A DNA stretch of 64,000 nucleotides from Eledone cirrhosa (GCA_964016885.1 OZ024740.1:55366001-55430000); one strand, 5' to 3'. Positions 1-14,454 are shown, counted from the first letter of the stretch. Made by a program: numbers and translations. The notes: generated by a model not told the origin, from the letters alone.

Positions 1-210
1 TATCTCAAAGAGTTTCCAAGGATGGTTAAAGAAGATTAGTCCAGCCCCGCTTTTTGGAACACTTCAAAAGGCATGCTTGCTGGGAACAGCAAGAAACCTC
101 CAATACGTCCTGAATATCTGAGGCTGCAGGTAGCGGCTTAATATTCATTTCATGTCCAGTTAAATAACATCAATGACTGAGACTCAAAGAATAATAATAA
201 TAATAATAAT
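1..210 (+). mobile_element. 3' end of an R4/Dong-like RLE non-LTR retrotransposon, cut by the window edge
   Basis: Frame from nt 2 reads ISKSFQGWLKKI...LQKACLLGTARNLQYVLNI* (typical RLE-element C-terminus), then a short 3' UTR and (TAA)n tail at ~190-210. Confidence 0.7.
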
Positions 211-214
211 CATA

Positions 215-1215
215 CTCCATTACAAAAGATGCACAAAGATACAGTAATGGACTACACATTTCAGAAGTTCCATTTACTGCTGAAATGAAAAACACAGAAA
301 AAGCAAAGCAGGTAAAAGTAACTGTAAAGAAAGAACTGCTACAGAACCTGCTACAGAAATACCCAGAAAGAGCTAACAATCTTTAACCCATCAGTGGTGG
401 GCATCCTCTTGACTGAAATCGGAGACTGAAGGACTAATTATATCAGCACAAGATCAGTGTCTTCCAACAAAAAATTACCAAGCCAACATAATAAAAAATG
501 GGTGCAACCCATTATGCCGTGTATGTAAAAAACAACCAGAGACCATTGATCATATAATTTTAATGTGCAGTCCTATAGGTCCCACCGAATACCTAAACAG
601 GCACGACAGAGCTGCACAATTCATACATTCGGTAATGTGTAAGCATTTTGACTTGCGCTTTCAAAAGAATTGGTGGGAGCATCAACCACCTCCCGTACTT
701 GAAAAATATGACATCTCAATCTTGTGGAACTTTAGCATCCAAACAGACCGAAAAATAGATGCAATTGGAACTGATATAATACTGAAGGACTTTAAAAAGA
801 GGGTATGCCTGCTAATTGATATGTCCGTTCCAATAGACAAGAATGTATCTATAAAAACATTTGAAAAATTGAGCAAGTTTAAGGACCGGAGATAGAAATT
901 GGAAAAATGTGGAAATTGAGAACTAAAATAATACCAGTGGTTGTAGGCGCTCTAGGAATGATACCTAGGGGGTCTAATGATTATTTATCGCAAATCTCAG
1001 TAAACCCACGTATATGAGAAATACAAAAGATAGTACTAATGGGAACTGCCCATATACTAAGGAAGATTCTGTCTAAACACCTAAAGATGTGTGTATGTAG
1101 GTTCTTTCTTGAACATGGCGGACCTTGTTGTCTCTTGAGGTCACTGGTTGTGACTTGGTGATAACTCGTATGAACATAAAGGAAGATAAATGCAACTGTA
1201 ATAATAATAATAATA
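215..1215 (+). mobile_element. 5'-truncated, degenerate R4/Dong-like LINE (CCHC finger + restriction-like endonuclease)
   Basis: Broken frames give LKSETEGLIISAQDQ, CRVCKKQPETIDHI..C, RHD, WWEHQP, ILWNFSIQTDRKI..DIIL, LIDMSVP, IIPVVVGALG, IQKIVLMGTAHILRKIL; ends in (TAA)n at ~1199-1215. Confidence 0.88.
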
Positions 1216-1481
1216 TTATTATTTTTATTATTATTGTTGTTGTTGTTGTTGTTGTTTTATATTTTAATCGAATACGTATTCAATACTTTGTCGTCAAAGT
1301 TAAAATTACACGTATCTAAATATAAATGTACATGAGTAAACCATTAAAAAGCATTGCAGAAATTGAAGAATTCATCATTCGGTCTTACAGCTTATATAAT
1401 ACGCACACACAAACACAAACACACGCAGAAACAGACACCCCAAGACCGACATATATAAAGTGTATGAATGTTTATAAAGTG

Positions 1482-1527
<46 letters not shown>

Positions 1528-1529
1528 TA

Positions 1530-1584
1530 TTTATTAAAATAACAGCCCTCTCTGGATTTTAGTCTTCAATTTTATTATTATTAC

Positions 1585-1586
<2 letters not shown>
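1530..1586 (-). mobile_element. ~57-bp internally deleted derivative of the Penelope-like remnant at 11633-12170
   Basis: Minus strand reads TAGTAATAATAATAAAATTGAAGACTAAAATCCAGAGAGGGCT (matches 11633-11675) fused to GTTATTTTAATAAA (matches ~12153-12166); (TA)n on both sides. Confidence 0.7.
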
Positions 1587-1940
<354 letters not shown>

Positions 1941-3328
1941 AAAGTTGTTTTAAGATAAAAAGACATACATACATATCTAGTGTTGCTTTATAGCGCAATA
2001 GTTAAATTAACGCTATTGTCTTCCATTGTCTTATTTCTTCTGAAACATTTGAAATCACGTTAGCTTTTTCCTTACTATTTATCTTCTCCATTTCTCTTTT
2101 AGAAATCAATTTTAACTTTTTCCACAATTTTGCTTCCTATCCTTTTTTCAAATTGCAGTTCAACGATTTCTTATTTGTTTATATTTTTTCCTTTGTTAGA
2201 AACTTTCAATTTTTACTTCCTTCTTCTTATTAACTTTATTTTTGAAAAATTTCAATTTATTGTAAGTCGACTAATAGCCACCACCACCCGAAACATATGT
2301 AATCGTTTCGCTAATCGTGTAATAAGCAGGATAGCTTCCTCAGCTATTGTTTAAATGATTGCTCATATTTGAAATGACAGCCACGGGATTACATAGAGAT
2401 GCTGCTGTCGAAAACAAAGATGACTGCTTCACTTCATGCAAAATCAAGTCAGCTATTATCAATTTTAAAAGACCGCCGCCATCATTTTCCAGTTTCTTAG
2501 CGGCTAGCTCGTTTTATAGCAGCGGTCCTTTTAATGATTAAAACGTGTCGGAAATAGATGCCATTGTCATAGAAGCGCTTTGATATCATCTTATGCATAA
2601 AGCTGTGCTTAATTGTTGAGAGGGTTGGATAAAGAAAATTAAACAACAACAAAGGTTAGAGTTTGCCTCAAATATGTTTCACCTCCGTCAAACCTACATC
2701 ATTAGCCACATCTTATTTCTTATGAGATTAAAGTCAACAATTAAAACTCCAATGATATTTAAAGTCCACCGTATTTTCATCTAGAATATTTTTCTGCATT
2801 CGTTCTAAATAAACACAATAAGACTTTGGAATATTTCAGTAATGAGAAGGTTTTGCGAATTTATTTATGTTACCATTTCTATGTTATGTGTTAAACGTAG
2901 ACTTACAATTAAACGTTTAAAAACTACACCGTAAGAGTGGTAATCATTTTAAAGTGTATTAAAACTGGAACACATTTTGAATCATACGAAAATGATAACG
3001 AGGCAAAAATTTGCATTCATAGAAATATACCACAACCTCACGTATATACCAACAATTTACAATATAAGCTATTAGTATTAAAGATTCTGTTCACTATAAA
3101 TTGTAATAAAATAAACAAAGCAGTAGTAAGTAATGATCATTGAGAGCATCTGGGTGGTGCGCGAAATGACAGCCGAATCTTCTCGAAATAAAAAAAAAAC
3201 TACTGTAGTAAGTAATGTACTTACCGCATAGCCCTTAAACACAGAACTATTTGGAATATACATATATTGGAATAAAGAAGATCTGAGAAAAAACAATAAT
3301 TAATAGAGTAAATAACATCCTCGTGAAT

Positions 3329-3332
<4 letters not shown>

Positions 3333-3408
<76 letters not shown>

Positions 3409-3418
3409 CTCTCTCTCA

Positions 3419-3485
<67 letters not shown>
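3333..3485. repeat. (CT)n followed by (TA)n microsatellite
   Basis: Directly visible. Confidence 0.97.
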
Positions 3486-3486
<1 letters not shown>

Positions 3487-3519
3487 CATCTTGTGAACAG
3501 CGATTTTTAGACACACCGG

Positions 3520-3830
3520 ACTAATGAAACAATTGTTAATACTTTGAATAAGACCTATTGTACAGCTGACCATGTTAATCTTCACTCATTTACTATTATT
3601 ACTCCAGGAACCGCTTACCTAGAAACTATCTTGAATTGGCCACCCGACTAAGGAAACTTAGTAATATTATGACAGTCCACTTCCTGATGATTTTTCCCGA
3701 ATGAAACAATTTTAGTCCTGTATAAAGCCATTTATATATTAAATAGGTATACTTTGCTATGTATTGAGTACCTTACTTACTATGGTTACCCCCGATTGAT
3801 CCCGGGATAAACATATCTATATATATTATA
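3520..3830 (+). mobile_element. Penelope-like pLTR remnant with degenerate hammerhead, homologous to 49620-49780
   Basis: CTGATGA...GAAAC...GTC at ~3684-3718; shares TAGTCCTGTA, ATTGAGTACCTT and CGGGA blocks with the minus strand of 49620-49745; (TA)n flanks. Confidence 0.5.
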
Positions 3831-5496
3831 TTTATATCTATGTAAGTATATATATATACATATGTGTGTGTGTAAAAATATACACATATGTTATACAGAT
3901 TATATTTTATGCGGATATCATCCAGTAGTTGTATCATTAAAGGGTCAGTTCTCATAGACACTACTGCCATGTTCATCAAATTGTGAAAAATCTATAATTT
4001 CAAATTTTTATCATGTGAAAACATTTTGGATTTATATATTTGAGAACACTGAAAAAATCAAACCAAAAAATGTTTGTGTAATATTCTCAATTGTATTAAT
4101 AAATGTTCGGCGAACAACGTATGCTTAAGTAGTTCGCTTTTGACCCAGTCTCACGAGTACTCTGCACTTTCTAGTTTTTTACTGTTATTCCATGCGAATG
4201 CCTGATTCAGCTTCGCAAATCATCGCCTTCCTCGACCAACTCTACCATCCTTTCACACTATTCTTGCTTTATGACACTTAATTGCATGAACGTTGTTTCT
4301 GCAGTAATGGCTGCCTGTTGTTACTGCAAATGGCGACCAGTCATTGTCTCTGAGTGGATTATTTTAATGGTTGTTCAGTGGAGCGATGCTACTCCACTCT
4401 GGCGAGTTGTCACTCAATGCAATATCTCACTCTAATGCTAGCTAATGAACCATTGAGAATTATTCATGCGCACAGTACTTACCTGGACAGAGTGCAGAAA
4501 ATGTCACCTGCCGCTCTTACAAGAGCTAGAAACTGATTTGGCAATATAACGTAGTGACGAGAATGGAAATTGAAGACGTGGAAATCACAAAGTAAAACTC
4601 ACAGATTAGCATAGAGATTGCTATGCAATCTGTCAACAAAATAGTGTGCATGGATTTGATATGTCAACAAGCTGAGAGACTAGCTATGCTTGAACGTGAA
4701 ATGCGAAGCGTACATGGCTGAGTGTGGTTGACGTGTAAGTTATTTGCTTTGACGGCAGTTTGTTTGCATTTAATAACGCATGCAAATCGCTCATCAAAAG
4801 AAAATTCTTAATCGGATGCAATAAATAAGCTAATAAATATAATCGAAAGAGATAAGGTCATGACCACTATGTAATCATATTTATTTAAAAACATAGATAA
4901 CGCTTGAATATATTATCATGAAGACAGACATGTATTTACTGTAGCTATTTTATTATCAAAATCTAATTGCTATTACATTTCTTACAATAATGAATTCCGT
5001 TTTCAATGCTATGAATTCTTGAGAAAAAAAAACAATATGCCTTTTATTTAAATAAACGTTCAGGTGATAACTTCAATATATCATATGTTTTAATACAATA
5101 TTTCTAGAATAATTTAAAATGTATGTGTAGGGAAAAATACAAAATAGAAAGGATAGGAATTTCCTTAGATTTTAGCATAATATATATATTTTTTCTTTTT
5201 CTATAAAACATATCTAAAAATAATTCATACTTGATGTAAATGGGCGTATATTGAAACAAAACAAAATAATCTTACTCATTATAGTTAATATAATACATTT
5301 TACTGAGAACATTTATATTTGTGAAGAAACTTAGCCTCATAAACATACACCTGATAAGACAATACTCTAAAATCTGCACACCTATGTCTAATTGAATAGA
5401 GCTGACCTGGGTTACACAAAAACAGAAATAATAGTAACTATAACTACATTTATAATTAGTGCAGTCATTATTATTTGGGGTGGGTGGGGGGGGTGG

Positions 5497-5610
5497 GGGG
5501 TCAATCCCCGTGAACAGCACCTTAAGCAAGTTTCTTCTTCCATAGCGTCTTCAAGTTAGCTGAAACATTGTGAGAAACATTTGGTAGACGGAAACTCTGT
5601 GAAATGCGAT
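5497..5610 (+). mobile_element. Degenerate fragment of a second SINE family
   Basis: GGGTCAATCCC (B-box-like), GCACCTTAAGCAAG, TTTGGTAGACGGAAACT; resembles octopus tRNA-derived SINEs from recall, not searched. Confidence 0.45.
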
Positions 5611-8600
5611 AATAGCTACTTTTGGTAGTTTTCTGATTATATACAATAGGTCTTACTTTAAATGATATTAACATAATCACATTTTATTAATTTTAACACA
5701 TTCAAGGCGTACGTTTAAATGGACATTCGTACACCTAATTATCACAATATAAGTACCGTTATTTTGGTTGTGGTCTCTATATATTGTTAGACTTATGAGT
5801 GCAGTTTTAAATAATATGTCCCGTTTCTCCTTTAAACTACTTCCTGTTGCATAATAAAGTAGTTACCTAGGAAGGAAGCCGCCTTTGTTCAACGGAATAT
5901 TTATGAAGAAAATACAAATCACTTTCTGTATAAGAATCGAAACAGAATATTCTTTATCTAACAGCGTTTGGTGTCTCTTCTAAAGATTTATTTCATTTAC
6001 TTACTCATTCAGTTATTTTTATTTTATGTTTTATATTTTCGGGAAACACCATTACTTCTTAAAGCTATCATCTAAGGTTAATTTCGATACAAGTTCTAAA
6101 TTGTGTCCAGTGATAAATAGCTTGCTGTTTACTTTTTCTTGATTTAATCCGAGAAAAAACTTCTGAAACGAAAGAGACTTGCCAAATATATTGGTTACTA
6201 AGGTCAGTGAGAAATCAATTCTTGTCTTGCAACAAGCAATTAATGTTCCCGATGCATAAAAAAAAGTGTAATTTTTTCCTTGAAGTATTTCCTTTTATTT
6301 TCAAAAGTTATTTTCTCTACTCCCTGTTTATAAAAGCTATAATTCACGAGGCTGGCGTTATAAATTACTGGAATTTATCTGTTACCTGTAACTAATCCTC
6401 CAATAATGCGTCCACATAGGTGGGCATTTTAACGAGAGCTTTTATCATAAAACACATACTTTATAAAGTACTACAAGACGAAAAAGAGCCAATATTAACG
6501 AAAGAGCAACGAGAGAACTTTAAGCAAACAAGGAATTAAAAACAGAAAATGTGGTTTTAGTGAATTGGTAATCAGTAATTAAAATCATATAGCATTAATT
6601 TTCATGCTAAATTGATACACTTTTATTTGTAATCTAAGGTGAACTTTGTTTTGTCTGCTTGTCAGCGGAAATAATATTATAGGAGATATATATATATCAT
6701 ACAGATAATATATTAAACACACACAAACACACATACGCATGTCCCTTACATGCATATACAAACGCATACATATCCACCCAGAATGGCATCCAGATATGTA
6801 TGTATATTTCAATGTGTGCGTGTATGGGGTCGAGTGTTTATGTGTACATTTGGTTTAGCTGTAGAATGTGTGTAGTCAAATTTAGTGCTTTAAAAGCACC
6901 CGGTCTGTGGTTTTTTGAATCAGTGCCACGTTATTTATAAGCTTTGTTTCCTTACTCTAGTTGAAGATCTGGTTGATACGTATAATACTTTTGATAGAGG
7001 TAAAGATTTATTCTTCGCATCATGAAAAAAATGTTGCATGCCCATTGAGGTAGGGACGTCTGAGGCGTAAAGATAATATAGAAATTGTAGGAAGAGATCT
7101 ACAGAGAAACCGCCTCAGTTATGAATCCCTGGGATGCCTTAACAACGAGTGCATCATTTATTGGTTGCTTACACTGTTAGAATTGGCTGTAAAATCCCCT
7201 CTTTATAAAACATGATACAACAAATCATGAAGTCTGAAGGTCATTATGCGTACACAAAATGTGATTCTCAGAGGCAAGAATATCTTAGATCATGTTAGCT
7301 CCATTTTGGGCTCATCTAGAACTGAGTAAGAACAACAATAACAACGAAAATAACAAAAAAAAAGAAGACAACAGCTATATACTTCCCAATGTGAAGTATA
7401 TACGAATCTCTTCTCCAGTCATGAATAATATTTTGAACGCATGTGTATTTGAAAGTGAATTTAACATTCTACTTTAGACAGTTTTTATTAACCTACTCCC
7501 ATGACATCAGTATAATATTTATGCACTAGTAATATTTCCAAAACGACAAACGTTAATACGTTGTGACAACGAAAATACAACTCGGATGAATTATACACGT
7601 AAACTATCATAGTTATTCTACACATCACAAGCTTAGCACAGGTGTAACGTCACGTTATGTATGTACAGTTTTAGATATGACATTATTATATAGTTTTATT
7701 GATTCTACCTTGCAAGAGATACACTTCTTTATTACCTTCCCTACTGAAATTAAATTTAACCCCGGGGGAAGTAATTATATCATTATTCATTAAATGAAAT
7801 TTGGATGAAAGCACACATTATTTTACGTGTAGCAACACCAATTTCAAGGATTCCTGGAATTACTAATACACCTCTAACAGAACATGAACATAATTCAGTA
7901 TATCAAAGATTAGTTATATACTTGCATCAGTTTACTTTCTTTTATAGTCAGTACTTTATGGCTATGAAACTATCTGTAAATGTCTAAAGTGCCATGATTT
8001 AGAACGTAATTCATAAGTATATAAAGAGATTGTCAGATGCGTTATAGTGTTGGGTGAAATCCTTCGTGTTATTTATTGCGCCCCCTTGCATTGAAACTTC
8101 TTATCGCTGCGAATCAACTTTGACATTTTTCTTCCCGACGTGGAAAAATAAAGTATCAGATTAGAGGAGCGACTGAATCATCGAACAGGTTACTTTATGG
8201 TGCTCCTTGTCGGTCTTTGCGTTCTGTGTTCAATTCCACAGTCATCAGATTGAATATCACCACCAGGATCTTTGTTTTCTTTATCGGAGTTCATTCTTTT
8301 TTAATTATTCTCGTCATATCGCTGATCTGTTGATACTCTAACCTTCCTTATCAGTTTCAGAAACTGGAAAATATCATAAATAGTGTTCTTCTTCCCGAAT
8401 AATATATCGTCATTATAAGAAACAATTTCAGACAGGAAAGAACAAAACCGATGTGACTTCAACGGCTATAATTATAGAAAAGTGATTAAACAAAGGATTA
8501 AAGCTAAACGAAGAATTTTAATTCATGGCTAAACGTTATAATTGAGATTTAGACGATCCAAAATATAACCGGCAACACGTTCATCTGGTAAGACAAACCT

Positions 8601-9451
8601 TGGATGGCGGGCATCCAAGCTGACGCATGAAAACATTTTATTGGTGTGCTTGATATATAATTCTAGTAAATTGTGTATTACTTTGAACTTCAATGGTATT
8701 ACATGGGATTCATATTATATTATGAAAGTCTTTAAACCGTGTTACTTTAGAATTATTTCAAGCATTATGTTCTGTTTCTCCATACACTAATTAGTACAAT
8801 ACAAATAAAATTAAAATGATTATATCATACGCAAATATTTGTATGTGCCTACGAGGGAATTCCTTTAGAAAAATATCGCTAATACGGGAACAAACCCTCA
8901 CAAACATTCGCCACCTCAAATCTAGACACTTAGTTTATCACTTCTTAATAGATCTAGTGATAGAAGCTCCCCATTTAGTGTTGTAAATCTATAGTAGTTG
9001 GCGTGTAAATTACTCAGAGACGTCTGTGATGTTTAACATATTTAACGAAGGAAAACGATCACAATCATTAGGACTCACTCAGATAGTTTGTATCGTGTGG
9101 ATAAGGTCCCTAGATAATTCATCCCAGTCATTAGACTAATGCAGTGTTTCTCAACATTCCACTTAAGATTTCTCCCTTAGGGATAGAATTTCCACCAAAA
9201 AATGCCACACTAATTTGAAAAGTATATTTTTTTGCCCTCCTTTAAATAACAATCCTTACGCTAAATCATTTAAAGAATTAAAAAGAAAACATACTTCTTT
9301 TGACAGAAAAAAACCCTAACGGAGACCTATTTTTTTTTATACAATTTTACAAAATTGTAATTGAAATGCTATTAATTTTATTTTAAAATAGAAAGAGATC
9401 ATACGTTTTATATCCAAATGCACATACACACACACACACACACATATACAC

Positions 9452-9495
<44 letters not shown>

Positions 9496-9497
<2 letters not shown>

Positions 9498-9615
9498 CGA
9501 AGGAAATGTGTTAAGGAACCAGGTGGACCATAACGCACCAAAGTACTCAATACTTAGGGTAGTAGAGTGGGTAATAGGAACAAGTAAGACCCCTGGGGTC
9601 TTACTTGTTCCTATA
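9496..9615 (-). mobile_element. Fold-back pLTR-end mini-element, same family as 33292-33497
   Basis: 9498-9580 is close to the reverse complement of ~33405-33490; ends in perfect hairpin ATAGGAACAAGTAAGACCCC-T-GGGGTCTTACTTGTTCCTAT; (TA)n both sides. Confidence 0.7.
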
Positions 9616-9634
9616 TATATATATATATATAGTG

Positions 9635-9755
9635 AAGGCGAGTGGGTGAGTATTTAGAGAATTGGGTTCGCAATTGTGAGGTTGTGAGTTTGATTCCCCG
9701 ACCTGGTGATGCATTATGTCCTTGAGCAAGACACTTTATTTCACGCTGCTCCTTC
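9635..9755 (+). mobile_element. Degenerate tRNA-headed SINE with CORE/V-like central block
   Basis: B-box-like GAGTTTGATTCCC followed by TGTCCTTGAGCAAGACACTTTATTTCAC. Confidence 0.55.
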
Positions 9756-9813
9756 TAGCTGGAGTTGCGAAATTCGAAAGAATTGAGGAAAGTCGATCGT
9801 TCCTTTTTATACA

Positions 9814-9878
<65 letters not shown>

Positions 9879-10828
9879 ATGTAGGGATGGGTAGATATAG
9901 ATATACCAAAAATTCAAATACGATGTCTACATATATAATTTAAGATATCTTGTATAAGTCTTTGGAAATCTCCAATTTATTCCACTCAACCAAACTAAGA
10001 CGTTCTCCTATTGTTAGCAAAAAACATTCCTGAGGTATTTCAGGAATAGAAAGAAACTGATTATTGAAAATCGCTGAAAAATCATAAATACAATAAAAAG
10101 TGCAAGTCTTAAAATGTCTGGCAAGAACCTAACGAAGGTTGGCATTAGGATCACTTCGATATCTATTTTGTGCTCTGTAATAGTGAGCATAATGAAAGTA
10201 TGTAAATATGTATATATATAACTAATATCATCGTCGGTATTTTGTTAATATATGAATACATCTCCATACACTTTGCTCTATTTCAAATATTCAATTCTCC
10301 CCATTTCTGTACTATTATGATCGCATAATGTACGTATGTATACGATATACTTTAAACTTAGTTGAACTTAAGGGACTCATATTATATTACAGAGTTGAAT
10401 ACAAAAGTAGCAGGGTGTATTTTTAAGTACTCTAGTATCAATTGGGATTTTACATTAGTTTTGTAAGCGTTGACAATATGTAACGATTAATTACTACCAC
10501 AGGTAGTGGGGGACATGATAAAGGGGTTATTTAACTTTATTATCAATAGGGTTCAATAGGTTTCCGAATATATGCATATGTATCTAATCCAAACAAAACA
10601 TTAGCTAGTACTTTACGTTGAGAGTGTTATGATCTTAATAAACACTAAATGTTTATTACGCTATACATATACATGTATAGAAAACATCCTACATGTACAT
10701 ATTTCATTTAATTATATTCATTAAAATTAGTACACTATAGAGCATGTGTATTGTTTTTTTTTTGCCTCGTGCATACCTTAATCCGCACACATACATACAC
10801 AAACACATACACACATGCATACACACAT

Positions 10829-10906
<78 letters not shown>

Positions 10907-11428
10907 GAATATATTGATGCACACATAATAATAGTTGATAACTATGTATAACACCAGAATAAACTTCACACTTTATCCTTATTTATTCAGCTAGTATATA
11001 TAATTACAAACTATTATAATAGTTATCTGCATTGTGTCGGTTATATTTAAAATATCAAATTTCCCAATGCTTCATAAAAAAATTAATTATTTATCAATCT
11101 ACCTATGCACCTATCTACCTTCCCTGTCTATGTATGTATCTCACTCTCTCTCTTTATATATATATAATGTTTAAATGCAGTCGCCCAGCATAGGCCAGTC
11201 GACAATAACACCCACAGGTGTTATTGTCATCATTTTTCCGTCTCCCGAGGTACTCTTACTAACTTATTCAACTACTATATATAGGTGTCTGCATTGTAAC
11301 CAGTATGATGTACTGCAAAGTTGATTATATATATAATAATAATAATAATACAAATAATAATAATAATAATAATAAAGCGATTCTTTGCTTAAACTTTAAT
11401 CTGTTATTTTAATAAATAAATAAATAAC

Positions 11429-11465
<37 letters not shown>

Positions 11466-11494
11466 AAATTTGCAGTATTACAAAGTGGTTACAA

Positions 11495-11530
<36 letters not shown>

Positions 11531-11632
11531 CGGAACAAGTAAACATTAAACAATCTTTCAAATATATATTACCGTGGGTACCTAGTACCTACTGGGATAT
11601 CTATATCATTTATATATATATATATATATATA

Positions 11633-12161
11633 TAGTAATAATAATAAATTTGAAGACTAAAATCCAAAGAGGGCTCGATAAGGAAAATATGAGAGATCCT
11701 AGTTAGGGCTAGATCGTATAACGGAAATAAAAGACCGTGTGACCTCTGCGCCGCTGAGGCCCTGGAAATACTCTACGCCACAGACAACATCTTAAACAAA
11801 AAATCTTAGGCAATTTCGGCTTGTAAACATAAATTGCACAAAACTTTCGTGTATTACAGCCCCACAGTATACCCTAACGGATAGTACGATCTATACGTGG
11901 ATATTTTACGTCTTGATGTGGTAGCTAAGTATATGTTATGTTTATACCATTATTTATTTGCATAGGTAAGTATATATTACCTGTATGTTTTGTGAAGGGA
12001 ACATTTCCACGAACCAAAGTATCGTCTTCCTGTCTTCCTCCGGTTGCAACGTTTTTTGAAATATCCACTTCTGCTGTTGCAGATTGACTGTGTTAGTTTC
12101 AGAAGATCCCGTTAAGGGTGAAAGCAGCGATCTTTTGCTTAAACTTTAATCTGTTATTTTA

Positions 12162-12202
<41 letters not shown>

Positions 12203-12239
12203 TTTATTTATTTATTTATTAAAATAACAGATTAAAGTT

Positions 12240-12240
<1 letters not shown>
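11633..12240 (+). mobile_element. Penelope-like (Naiad-type) 3' remnant: GIY-YIG C-terminus plus pLTR, with direct and inverted terminal copies
   Basis: Reads KI*EILVRARSYNGNKRPCDLCAAEALEIL...LNKKS*AISACKH (W..I...Y...CxLC..E...LN...C.H motif); terminal TTGCTTAAACTTTAATCTGTTATTTTAATAAA recurs directly at ~11385-11416 and inverted at ~12216-12240; embedded in (TA)n. Confidence 0.75.
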
Positions 12241-12275
<35 letters not shown>

Positions 12276-12507
12276 CCAGTCACTCATGAACGATTTTGTA
12301 CGTGGGTAGCAAGAAATAGCATCCAAATGACGCTAATCGACACTCTATAAGTTGGTTCTTGTAATTCAAACTATACCTGAAAAAATATTGGGCTTATCAT
12401 GACTGGAATACATTTTAACGTAGGTCTGCCTCATCATGCCTAACCGAGTGTGAAATAACAAATTATATGAACATGTATTTTTACTGCACATTATTTTCAA
12501 AGCAATT

Positions 12508-12690
12508 GGCGGTGGATTGGCAGTATCGGTAGAGGGTCGGACGCCATGCTTTCCAGCATAGTTACGTCCCTTTACGATCTGAGTTCAAATCCCGCCGAGG
12601 TCGACTTTGCCTTTCATCCTTACGGGGTCGATAAAATAAAGTACCAGTAATGTACTGGTAATTGCTGGCCTTGTGCCTAAAGTAGAAACA
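12508..12690 (+). mobile_element. Full-length tRNA-derived SINE with 18-bp target site duplication
   Basis: A-box-like TGGCAGTATCGG, B-box GAGTTCAAATC, core TTTGCCTTTCATCCTTACGGGGTCGATAAAATAAAGTACCAG; TSD ATTATTTTCAAAGCAATT at 12490-12507 and 12691-12708. Confidence 0.92.
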
Positions 12691-12777
12691 ATTATTTTCA
12701 AAGCAATTAAACATACAATTAAATATTTAATATTAAGTATTTAAATATTTAAAATTTAATTAATCAGTTTAAATTGA

Positions 12778-12815
<38 letters not shown>

Positions 12816-12911
12816 CATATATATGTGTGTGTTTGTACATGTATACACACACATATATATACATATATATATATATACCCGCCGAAATGCGATTCTCGCT
12901 GAATTTATATT

Positions 12912-12963
<52 letters not shown>

Positions 12964-13149
12964 CATTTGCAGACATGACGTAAACATTTGCCGTTTGCTT
13001 GCTTACAATCTGCAAAGCAATATTCTTTTTAAAACACCTTTGCCTGAAATTGGTTAATTAATATGCCATATATATATATATGTAAGTATGTATATTATAT
13101 ATAGGATATATGTATATATAATATATATATATGATATATGTATATATAA

Positions 13150-13333
13150 TTGTTTCTACTTTTGCCACAAGGCCACCAATTATCTCAGTGTATTACTGCT
13201 ACTTTATTTTATCGACCCCGTAAAGATAAAAGGCAAAGTTAACCTCGGCGGGATTTGCACTCAGTCCGGAAAGGGACGTAACTGTGCTGCAAAGCCTGGC
13301 GTCCGACCCTCTACCGATACTGCCAATCCACCG
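13150..13333 (-). mobile_element. tRNA-derived SINE copy
   Basis: Reverse complement aligns end to end with 12508-12690. Confidence 0.9.
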
Positions 13334-13571
13334 TATATATTAATACAAATAATTTATATATAATGTGTCTTAATCTCTATGCCTTCAATCATTCATACAT
13401 TCACACAATTTTGCGTATTTATTGTTAAACATGTAGATGCGCATGGATTTAATGAAACAAATATAAAGGTTGTACAAATCGGTATATATACGTGTCCACA
13501 TGAATTCTCATAGACACATATACACACAAACAATTAAGCACATACACACACATACACACATACACAGACAT

Positions 13572-13648
<77 letters not shown>

Positions 13649-13907
13649 GAGTGAGTGAGAGAGGAGGGAGAATGAAAGAGAGGGAGAGAGTATGCAAGCG
13701 CCCATACAGAAACATACATGCTCAAGCAGACGATCATATTCCTTGACATACACTATATACATAAAAATGGGTTAATGAAATTCTGAGATGCTGAGAATGT
13801 TTGATGAAATGATTTTTATTGCAGTTTAACTTCCTTTTGTTTGAGCTGTAATTCAATTCTTCTTGCAAGTGATCGACTTCTTATCAAGTATTTCTGTTTG
13901 TTTTCAG

Positions 13908-14049
13908 GAGAAGCAATAAGATTGGCCCGGGATTTCGGTTATTTGTGTGAGACAGAATTTCCGGCGAGGCAATGTGCAGAATACACATGCAGGCAGTACA
14001 CAGATCCAACTGAGCAGCACACACGTAAAAACATGATCCTAGCGACTAA
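13908..14049 (+). CDS. TFAP2: Transcription factor AP-2, penultimate coding exon (helix-span-helix dimerisation domain)
   Basis: Acceptor TTTGTTTTCAG|GA, translation (G)[46 protein letters not shown](K), donor AA|GTGAGT; matches AP-2 family EAVHLARDFGY.CETEFPA...RKNMLLATK. Confidence 0.96.
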
Positions 14050-14228
14050 GTGAGTATTTCTATATTTTGTGTTTGTGCGCGCGTGACCTTTGTGGTTGTT
14101 GAATGTACCTACTATTGGAAGTGGATTAATTGTCTAGGGTGGTAGAGAAATATCTAACAACCATATATATATATATATGTATATTCTAGATGTATATATA
14201 TATACATATATATTTATATATATGTGTG

Positions 14229-14286
<58 letters not shown>

Positions 14287-14423
14287 CATATATATGTGTG
14301 TGTGTATGTATGTATATATATATATATATATATAGATATATAGATATAGATATAGATATAGATATATCATTCATACATCTAGTTGCTAGGTATTCTTATA
14401 TAAGTATATGTATATCTAGAAGT

Positions 14424-14454
<31 letters not shown>

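Noticed and set aside
11690-11692. In-frame TGA in a Naiad-type GIY-YIG remnant as possible selenocysteine
   Set aside because: It aligns with a conserved Trp (TGG>TGA is one change), not Cys, and a TAG follows later in the same frame.
12508-12600. tRNA genes (also 48394-48460)
   Set aside because: A/B-box-like motifs are present but no cloverleaf; these are SINE heads or decayed tRNA-like sequence.
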